Shown in pieces: positions 35,717 through 43,281 of a stretch of 46,303 bases of DNA. The notes beneath the pieces are model-generated. The model did not search any database, was not told the DNA's origin, and saw only the letters and a program-made list of their open reading frames with translations. A program made the position numbers and the translations under genes. The DNA lies in IMG/VR virus record IMGVR_UViG_3300046710_000414, positions 1 through 46,303 of that record. One strand, 5' to 3'. This stretch comes from a virus. Lineage: Duplodnaviria > Caudoviricetes. Within the stretch, counting starts at the first letter, position 1. Each line of letters starts with the position of its first letter.

Positions 35717-37096
35717 ATGACAACATCTCCTCATAATTTTATGGATAATTATGGAAGACCAGATTTTAAACTTCCTTATCGATGGAATACGGATAAGCCT
35801 CTTTCTATACCTCTTGGTCCTAAAAATGTACATGCTACCAGCCCATATCTTATAGGGGCTATAGATGTCCGATGGGATTCTACTGCAGAGTACTCTGAAC
35901 ATAATGGGTATAATATTCTTGGTATAAATGTATATCGATCATATGATACTCCTGAAGGTCCTTATACTAAGTTAAATGATGTTCCTATAGGAGCTCTATA
36001 TTATAGAGATGAAACCCGGGAAGTTTGGGCTGATCAGGAAGATCCTGTAGCTGGTGGGAGACTAATAGCGGGTACTAATGCAAATGGTGATTGGATTGTT
36101 CATACCTATAATAAGCCGTTAGTAATTGTAGGTACAAATGGAGAACTGGCGAATCATCCTAAGCATGTTAAGGTTGAGATTAAACCCACTTCATTAGATG
36201 CATTTCAAACAGTTCCTGCATTTAAGGTAATGGGGGAGACTGGTGAAATCTTTTTAATAAATAAGAAGACGTATAATAATCAGTTTAATAGATTAGACCC
36301 CCCTGTATTACCAATTCTTAGTAGCGGCGGTGAGATAAGGGTATCCTATACATATATCAATAACTATATCCAATTAGATGCAAATAGAAAAATTTATTAT
36401 AAATGTACTACAGTAGCTATCGATGGATCTAATGATGAAATAAAGGAGACCCCACTTAATGAAGTAGATGCTATTAGTCTTTATGATATGGAAAAGATTG
36501 ATTGGATATGGGCTGAAAGTATCAGGCGTAATAGATGGATATTGGAGCAGGCTGGTGAACGGGTAAAACTATTCATTCGAAAATGGGCTGGAGAACGTTG
36601 CCCTTGTTGGAATGAACAGTATCGTACTGCTAAGAGTGATCATACCTTATGCCTAGGTACAGGTTATATTGGGGGGTATGAAGGGCCTTATGATATAATT
36701 ATAGCTCCCCCAGAAACAGAAAAGACTGTCCAACTTATGGATATGGGTTTACATATATCTTACGATTGGCAAACCTGGACTGGCCCTTATCCTCTTCTTA
36801 ATGATCGTGATTTTATCGTAAGACAGAATAATGATAGGATGTCCATAGCTCATGTGAATCCACAAGGATCTCGTGGAGCTATATATCAGCAGCATTTTAT
36901 GTTAGCGCCCCTTGATCGGAGAGATATCAGGTATCAGGTACCTATAAATGGAGGATTGATTGTCCCCGCAGCGTGGAATGCTTATCGTACAGATAGACCT
37001 ACAGATGCAAGTCCTACTATCCCTAACAAGCCAGGGATACCAGGTCAATATACTTTACAGGGGAGAACAGTAACATTTGAGAATATTGTTTTTTGA
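35717..37096 (+). CDS. Putative neck/head-closure protein
   Basis: FN3-like INVYRS...GPYTKLN; GERVKLFIRK...RCPC...CLGTGYIGGY Cys pattern typical of myovirus neck proteins. Confidence 0.55.
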   Translation: MTTSPHNFMDNYGRPDFKLPYRWNTDKPLSIPLGPKNVHATSPYLIGAIDVRWDSTAEYSEHNGYNILGINVYRSYDTPEGPYTKLNDVPIGALYYRDETREVWADQEDPVAGGRLIAGTNANGDWIVHTYNKPLVIVGTNGELANHPKHVKVEIKPTSLDAFQTVPAFKVMGETGEIFLINKKTYNNQFNRLDPPVLPILSSGGEIRVSYTYINNYIQLDANRKIYYKCTTVAIDGSNDEIKETPLNEVDAISLYDMEKIDWIWAESIRRNRWILEQAGERVKLFIRKWAGERCPCWNEQYRTAKSDHTLCLGTGYIGGYEGPYDIIIAPPETEKTVQLMDMGLHISYDWQTWTGPYPLLNDRDFIVRQNNDRMSIAHVNPQGSRGAIYQQHFMLAPLDRRDIRYQVPINGGLIVPAAWNAYRTDRPTDASPTIPNKPGIPGQYTLQGRTVTFENIVF

Positions 37097-37151
37097 ACTT
37101 TTTATTTTTAGTTCCTTTTAAGAATTTTATTCTATAAGAAATCTTTTGTTA

Positions 37152-37168
37152 TAATAATCTCTTAATTT
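37152..37168 (+). promoter_or_regulatory. Putative late promoter TAATAATCTCTTAATTT
   Basis: 16/17 match to the consensus. Confidence 0.7.
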
Positions 37169-37215
37169 TATATATAAATCTATCAGAAGTTCTTTTGCCT
37201 CAAAGGAGTCTTTTC

Positions 37216-38094
37216 ATGGGATCGAATATGAAACTTGCCGCTGAAAGATTACTTAAGATCGCTGATGATCTTGAGAAGGAAGCTGCGGATAATACATTCT
37301 TTGTTTGTGATGGATGTAATCATACATCGTCATTACTTGATATTAATAAAAAGCGTAAGATTGCTGGTAAAAATCATAGTGTTAAACGTATCGCTAATGT
37401 TACAGTGAATGATGCCGTAACATGTCTGGCTTGTGGTGGTAAAATGTCTTATGTTCCTACAGACTCAAGTGAAAAATACTATGTAGAGTCTGATGATACA
37501 GAAGATACTGGTGCGGATATATTCGAACCTGTTGATGATCAGGGAACTGATAAGGGGGATGAGACTTCTGATGTAGTCGAACCTAAAACTGATGAACCTC
37601 CTGTTATTGATGAAACTCTTCCCATGACTGCAGTGAATCCTGAAGAAGATAAAGCTGTTTCTGAAACTCCTGAAAATGAAGAAACTCCTGATGAAGATAA
37701 AATTGAGGAAACTCCTGAAATTTCAGATTATGATGGAACTCCTGATGAAGAACAGAAATCTGAAGGTGACGAAACTTCTGATAAGGATGAGACACCCGAA
37801 ATAGCTGAAACTCCAATGGAAGATGGAACTCCTGAGGGTGATGTAGCTCCAAAGGATGAAGAAATCCCCGAGGATCAAGGTGCAATTGAAGGTGAACCCG
37901 TCGTAGAAGAAACAGTCCCTGAGGATGAGCCTGTAGGAGAGGGTGAATCTATAGGAGATGGAACTTCTGAGGAAGAAGAACCTGTAGAGGAAAAAGGCGT
38001 AGAAATACCGAAAAAAAATGTTCCTAAATTTGAAAAGATTCCAAAGGAAGCTCAAGATGCTTTTTGGAAATCGGTTGCAAAATATTCTATTTAA
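37216..38094 (+). CDS. Zinc-ribbon + very acidic disordered protein (putative internal head protein)
   Basis: AERLLKIADDLEKEA; CDGC...CLACG; E/D/T/P-rich tail; AAGGAG RBS favours ATG 37216. Confidence 0.75.
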   Translation: MGSNMKLAAERLLKIADDLEKEAADNTFFVCDGCNHTSSLLDINKKRKIAGKNHSVKRIANVTVNDAVTCLACGGKMSYVPTDSSEKYYVESDDTEDTGADIFEPVDDQGTDKGDETSDVVEPKTDEPPVIDETLPMTAVNPEEDKAVSETPENEETPDEDKIEETPEISDYDGTPDEEQKSEGDETSDKDETPEIAETPMEDGTPEGDVAPKDEEIPEDQGAIEGEPVVEETVPEDEPVGEGESIGDGTSEEEEPVEEKGVEIPKKNVPKFEKIPKEAQDAFWKSVAKYSI

Positions 38095-38139
38095 TAGCTG
38101 GATATTTTAAATTCATAAAATTTATATAAAATAAAAAAT

Positions 38140-38820
38140 ATGTTCTATATCATTGGAAATTCCCCAAAGAAGGTAGAACTTAAAGATCTTAACGATTGTG
38201 TGTATTATAAGCAGCAGAAAGTTTATACTGATGCTCAATATGAAAGCTCTGTTGATTTAAAACGCGCAATCGAACGTAAGATTCTTATAGTTCTCAAAAA
38301 GTCTGAAGATACCACAGGTTCTTTTGATATTCAAACACCTATTATATCCTCTGAGATTAAATCTCCTGAATCAGTTTCATCTCCAGAAATAGAAGTCTTA
38401 TTAGGTAAGATTAGAGATTTAGAAGCGATAGTTAAAAATCAATCTAATATTTCTCTTCCTTCAACGCAAAATAATGATGCTTTGGCGATTATATTAGATA
38501 GACTTGAGAAATTAGAAAAAAATCCTACTTCTATTGATTTGTCGATTATACAAGATGCTTTAAAGAGTATAGAAGTACGGATGCAAAATAATAAGGGAGA
38601 TGGTATACTTGAAAAACTCGAAGGTATCATTAATAGGTCTGGTGTGAAAGCAGCACCTATACAAGAAGATACTCGCCGGGTAGAAGACGTTTATATTCCC
38701 AATATTAGAGTTGAGGATGCTAATTCACATATAAAGTTAGAAGTACGGACAATTGATTCTGGAGATAGCGTTTCTGATTCATTGAAAAAACTTAAAGAGT
38801 TGAAATCTAAATCAATATAA
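38140..38820 (+). CDS. Coiled-coil hypothetical protein
   Basis: Heptad-like segments; directly upstream of the actin-like gene. Confidence 0.75.
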   Translation: MFYIIGNSPKKVELKDLNDCVYYKQQKVYTDAQYESSVDLKRAIERKILIVLKKSEDTTGSFDIQTPIISSEIKSPESVSSPEIEVLLGKIRDLEAIVKNQSNISLPSTQNNDALAIILDRLEKLEKNPTSIDLSIIQDALKSIEVRMQNNKGDGILEKLEGIINRSGVKAAPIQEDTRRVEDVYIPNIRVEDANSHIKLEVRTIDSGDSVSDSLKKLKELKSKSI

Positions 38821-38834
38821 TTTAGGAGGTTTTT

Positions 38835-39845
38835 ATGGCAGTTGGACTTGACATAGGGACATGTTTCTTGGTAAGTGCTACAAAAGATATTAAAAATGAA
38901 AGTGCACCTGTGGAGATTAAATCTATTCGGGACGCATTTTTAGATGTGGAAGCAGACCAATCTATTTTGAATATGCTTAAGATGTCAAATGTTTCTTACG
39001 TGCAGGAAAAAGATTTTATTTACATAGTAGGAGAACCTGCATTAAGTGTATCTAATCTTCTTAAGAGAGAAGCTAGAAGACCTTTAAATCAAGGAGTGAT
39101 ATCTTCTGGAGAACATGATGCTGAGAGGATGTTAGTAATACTTTTAAAAAATATTCTTAGTTCTCCTAAAGTTGAGAATGAATCAGTATTTTTTTCCGTA
39201 CCGGCGAAGTCTATAGATAAAGATATGGACATTATCTATCATCAAGCAATGTTCCAAAAGATTATAGAGTCTTTTGGTTATAAAGCTACTGCTATGAATG
39301 AAGCAGCTGCAATTGTTTATGCAAATGGAAGTTCTGATGGTTTTACAGCTCTTGCTTCATCTTTTGGTGCAGGTATGGTAAATACCGCTTTGGTTTTCCA
39401 GACTATGGTGGGTATGTCATTTTCAGTTTCACGTAGTGGTGATTGGATTGATCAATCTGCAGCTAAAGCTGTGGGTAGTACTGCTACACGTCTGATGTCG
39501 ATAAAGGAAAAAGGTGTAAATCTTCTTGATCCTAATGAAGGTGATTCAAAGCAACTTAGGGAAAGAGAAGCTATCGTAGTTTACTATAAAAATCTTATAC
39601 ATTATGTGATAGATAGCATAAAGAGAGAATTCAAAAAGGATAATGGAAAGATTGAGCTTCCTGACCAGATCCCATGGATTATTAGTGGTGGTACTGCTAA
39701 AGCTAAAAATTTTCTTGAGTTCTTTAAACAAGAGTTTGAGAAGGAACGAGATAACTTTCCTATTAGCATATCTGAGATAAGAATGGCTAGTGATCCTCTT
39801 GGAGATGTTGCCAAGGGACTTCTTATAGCTGCTATGAATGATTAA
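38835..39845 (+). CDS. Actin-like ATPase (FtsA/MreB/ParM superfamily)
   Basis: Phosphate-1 GLDIGT, connect-1 NEAAAI, phosphate-2 SFGAGMVN, adenosine ISGGTA, connect-2 VAKGLL. Confidence 0.85.
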   Translation: MAVGLDIGTCFLVSATKDIKNESAPVEIKSIRDAFLDVEADQSILNMLKMSNVSYVQEKDFIYIVGEPALSVSNLLKREARRPLNQGVISSGEHDAERMLVILLKNILSSPKVENESVFFSVPAKSIDKDMDIIYHQAMFQKIIESFGYKATAMNEAAAIVYANGSSDGFTALASSFGAGMVNTALVFQTMVGMSFSVSRSGDWIDQSAAKAVGSTATRLMSIKEKGVNLLDPNEGDSKQLREREAIVVYYKNLIHYVIDSIKREFKKDNGKIELPDQIPWIISGGTAKAKNFLEFFKQEFEKERDNFPISISEIRMASDPLGDVAKGLLIAAMND

Positions 39846-39891
39846 ATAAAATAGTGATCAATTAGCTGTTTGCGAAAGAACAGTTTTCTGC

Positions 39892-39928
39892 AAGGGGCTG
39901 GGAGAATAACTTCTTTCAGCCCTTTTTT
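39892..39928 (+). terminator. Rho-independent terminator
   Basis: GGGCTGGGAGAA-taac-TTCTTTCAGCCC then T6. Confidence 0.8.
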
Positions 39929-39944
39929 AATAATCCCTTAATAG
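39928..39944 (+). promoter_or_regulatory. Putative late promoter TAATAATCCCTTAATAG
   Basis: 15/17 match directly after the terminator. Confidence 0.7.
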
Positions 39945-39968
39945 ATTTATTATAGTCGAGGGTATCTT

Positions 39969-41126
39969 ATGGAAAGGTCAGAACAAACGCAATTATTTAT
40001 TAATAAAGCTATTACTACGCATGGAAGCAGATATGACTATTCCAGATCTGAATATAAAGATTGGCGCATAAAAATAGATATAAGATGCTCAGAACATGGA
40101 ATATTTAGTCAAAGGCCCTCAAGTCACATATCCGGAAAAGGGTGTCCGACATGTGGTAATTTGTCCAGGTCTAAATCTAATACCTGCAACACAGACCAAT
40201 TTGTTGAAAAAGCAATTAAAGTTCATGGTAATAGATATGATTATTCTAAAGTAAAATATATAGATCTTGAAACTAAAATTATAATAGGCTGTTCTATCCA
40301 TGGGGATTTCTTACAAACTCCTCATGGACATCTGCGTGGGAGGGTCTGTAAAAAATGTACTATGAAGAAACTTCAAGAATCTGTAAAACATACTTCGTTT
40401 GAATTTATAAACAAAGCTATTTCTGTTCATGGTAATAGATATGATTATTCCAAGTCCGTATACATTGATGCTCATTCAAAACTTAAAATAATATGCCCTA
40501 CACACGGGGGTTTTTATCAAACTTCAAATGATCATTTAAGTGGTTGTGGGTGTTCTAAATGTGGGTACATAAAAGTAGGGGTAAAGCGCACATTAACTCA
40601 AGAAAAATTCATTAAAAAGGCCATAAAAGTATATGGGGAAGATAAGTATGAGTATACAAAAACAAGATATAGTAATGCCCTTACAGATGTTATAGTAACT
40701 TGTAAGGTTCATGGTGATTTTAAGCAGAACGCTCATAATTTTTTACAAGGACATGGCTGTCAAATTTGTATGACTTCCTACGGAGAATTAGCCATAAGAA
40801 ATTGGCTTTTTGAAAATAAGATAAACTTTGCTATGCAATATAAATTTAAAGAACTAAGAGCTAAAAGATGTCTTAGATTTGATTTTTATATACCTGATAT
40901 AAATACCTTAATAGAATATGATGGCGAGCAGCATTATAGACCTGTGCAGTTTAATGGTATATCGATAGATAAAGCTGTTAAGATACATAAAAAAGCACAG
41001 CATAGAGATGTTCTTAAAAATAAATTTTGTGAAGAAAATAATATACCACTGATAAGAATAGGGTATCAAGAATTTAAAAATATACCTAATATCTTATCAT
41101 CCAAAGTAGCTGTAACAATAAAATAG
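39969..41126 (+). CDS. Putative homing endonuclease: 4 zinc-binding repeats + Vsr/PD-(D/E)xK-like nuclease
   Basis: Four repeats F.xKA..(H/Y)G..Y.Y....Y.......I.C..HG.F.Q....(H/F)L.G..C..C; RFDFYIP...IEYDGEQHY. Confidence 0.8.
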   Translation: MERSEQTQLFINKAITTHGSRYDYSRSEYKDWRIKIDIRCSEHGIFSQRPSSHISGKGCPTCGNLSRSKSNTCNTDQFVEKAIKVHGNRYDYSKVKYIDLETKIIIGCSIHGDFLQTPHGHLRGRVCKKCTMKKLQESVKHTSFEFINKAISVHGNRYDYSKSVYIDAHSKLKIICPTHGGFYQTSNDHLSGCGCSKCGYIKVGVKRTLTQEKFIKKAIKVYGEDKYEYTKTRYSNALTDVIVTCKVHGDFKQNAHNFLQGHGCQICMTSYGELAIRNWLFENKINFAMQYKFKELRAKRCLRFDFYIPDINTLIEYDGEQHYRPVQFNGISIDKAVKIHKKAQHRDVLKNKFCEENNIPLIRIGYQEFKNIPNILSSKVAVTIK

Positions 41127-41135
41127 TGAGTAATT

Positions 41136-42566
41136 GTGGAAAATAATTTATTAAGAGTCGTTAAGTCCCGTATCATGGATGAATTGACCGGTTCTATTCA
41201 ACGGAATCAGGTCTATCGAGATAAAATTCAAGTTTTTCATAAATTCCCATATAAAGAACGCTTACAAATGGGTGTGGTACTGAAGAATGCTTCATCATCA
41301 AGGATAAAGCTTTCTGCTGATGATCACGCTGGGGTATTGAAGAGTCATGTCATGATGGCTCACGCTGAGAACTTTGAGGGAAAGTTTTTAGCATGGGTTT
41401 GGGAAGATTTTAATAATTTAACAAAGTATCAAAAGGATGAAGACTTATCATCTCAAATTTCTGGTACCACATTTATAGGTACTAACAGATTTTTTAAGAT
41501 ACCCAGAAAACCAGTACTATCGGGGTGTAATAATACTATAGTAGCCGATAATTTCCGGCAGATCTCGGTTCTCTTAGATGGTCAAGCAGTACTCCCAGAA
41601 TTCTTAGATGGTGCCAGTGGTGTGTTCTCTTTGCCTATGGCTCCAGTATTAGGTAGTCAGCTTTTAGTGTCTTATTATTATAGTAATTTAACTCCTCCGG
41701 GAAGGTATTATATTGAGATAATATCTCCTACGCAATTTGTGATTGATCCATTTTATGTTGTTAAAAATGAAAAAGTTATAGATAGAACCACGGGTATGGA
41801 GCCTACAGCACAATTACTAAATGGAAACTTATATGGTGACTTTGATATGCTTTACACTAAAAAAATGGATGTTAGTACTAAGCTATATCTCGAAAAAGGT
41901 ACTGATTATACAATTGATCAAAATGGTCTTATAACTTTTTTACAACCACTCGATGCTAACACAACCCTATATGCAAATTATCGCTGGGTAGGCAGTACTA
42001 TGGGTCCTTTTAATATACCCAGTGAATTTCATTATGTGAATGAGGCTCTTCCTGGGGTGATTCTCTCTTTTAGTAATGAAATAACTGTGGGAGATAAAGT
42101 AGTCGTTATTGTATATCCTCAGCGTGAAGCTGCTGCAAATATGAATAGTGGGCACTATAAAATGAACTTTGATATTGATGTAGTGGCACGTGATCCTCAG
42201 CAGCTGGCAAATCTTACAGATCATCTAATAGAAGATATATGGGGAAACCGCCGTTTATTATTAATAGATGAAGGTTTGACTATTGAAGAGATGGATGCAA
42301 CGGGTGAAACAGAGGAACCATATGATGAGAATACAGGGGATTTATACTATAGGCATGGTATAACTATTCAGATCATGACAGAGTGGAAAAAGTTTATTCC
42401 CTTCCTGACTGAGATTGTTGATTTTGATACTAAAATTTACAGATACGTAACTAATAAGAGCTATATCGTAACAAATCAGGGAAGAATACTTGAATTGATG
42501 CTAAAGCCCAGTAGCACAATCTTTGAGGTATCTTACCCCAAAATTGGTTATCCTAGATATTTCTAA
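41136..42566 (+). CDS. Putative tail completion/terminator-like structural protein
   Basis: Upstream of the sheath; GTDYTID..GLITF beta inserts; C-terminal FDIDVVARD...LTDHL pattern. Confidence 0.5.
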   Translation: MENNLLRVVKSRIMDELTGSIQRNQVYRDKIQVFHKFPYKERLQMGVVLKNASSSRIKLSADDHAGVLKSHVMMAHAENFEGKFLAWVWEDFNNLTKYQKDEDLSSQISGTTFIGTNRFFKIPRKPVLSGCNNTIVADNFRQISVLLDGQAVLPEFLDGASGVFSLPMAPVLGSQLLVSYYYSNLTPPGRYYIEIISPTQFVIDPFYVVKNEKVIDRTTGMEPTAQLLNGNLYGDFDMLYTKKMDVSTKLYLEKGTDYTIDQNGLITFLQPLDANTTLYANYRWVGSTMGPFNIPSEFHYVNEALPGVILSFSNEITVGDKVVVIVYPQREAAANMNSGHYKMNFDIDVVARDPQQLANLTDHLIEDIWGNRRLLLIDEGLTIEEMDATGETEEPYDENTGDLYYRHGITIQIMTEWKKFIPFLTEIVDFDTKIYRYVTNKSYIVTNQGRILELMLKPSSTIFEVSYPKIGYPRYF

Positions 42567-42601
42567 TATCCATGGTGTGTAAGATATACACCATTAAGTG
42601 G

Positions 42602-42618
42602 TGATAATCTATTAATAC
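42602..42618 (+). promoter_or_regulatory. Putative late promoter TGATAATCTATTAATAC
   Basis: 14/17 match, after a hairpin at 42572-42594. Confidence 0.6.
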
Positions 42619-42662
42619 GAATTCTACTAATAGATCATATATAACATAAGATAGGAGTATTT

Positions 42663-43142
42663 ATGCCGTTGTATGAATTTAAGTGTACGGGCTGTGGTCA
42701 TGAGTTTGAAGAACTATCACCATATAAAGATAGGGATGCGGAACAATCCTGTAAGAGATGTGGGGCGGTTTCAGAACGAAAAGTGGCTTCTTTATTCGGA
42801 GTGCATAGTGACTTAAATCCTAAAACAGATACGATAGTTACTCGTAAAGAGATTGATAAAGTCGTAGGTAAAGTATCTGAAAAAAGATGGGAAGGTTACG
42901 ACGAGAGATGGAAGAGCCGGTATGAGGCTAGGCAGCAGAAGAGATGGAAGGGTAAGACTCCTGAGCAGGTTAATATCCCCAAGGATCAGGATGGTAAATA
43001 TAGCCCGATAATGCACTTGGGGGATAATAAGGAACGAACTTTAAGAAAAGAATATTCAGAAGCATTACAGGAGCATAGATCAGATAGAGTAAAAAAGGGT
43101 ATACCACAGTTTGAATCATCTGGAGCAATTACAGAAGGTTGA
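42663..43142 (+). CDS. FmdB-family zinc ribbon protein (second copy)
   Basis: MPLYEFKCTGCGHEFE...CKRCG. Confidence 0.85.
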   Translation: MPLYEFKCTGCGHEFEELSPYKDRDAEQSCKRCGAVSERKVASLFGVHSDLNPKTDTIVTRKEIDKVVGKVSEKRWEGYDERWKSRYEARQQKRWKGKTPEQVNIPKDQDGKYSPIMHLGDNKERTLRKEYSEALQEHRSDRVKKGIPQFESSGAITEG

Positions 43143-43281
43143 TATTGCATGTCCTGGTGTCGTTGGTAATACTCTTCTAATATACACATTAAATAATATG
43201 AATAAATCTTATATAAAGAATTTTAAAAATATAAATAAGATCAATGAAAAAATATTTACGGTATAAAAAGGAGAACGACAC

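Noticed and set aside
42572-42594. Hairpin ATGGTGTGTA-aga-TATACACCAT as a terminator
   Set aside because: No U tract and a weak stem; not called.
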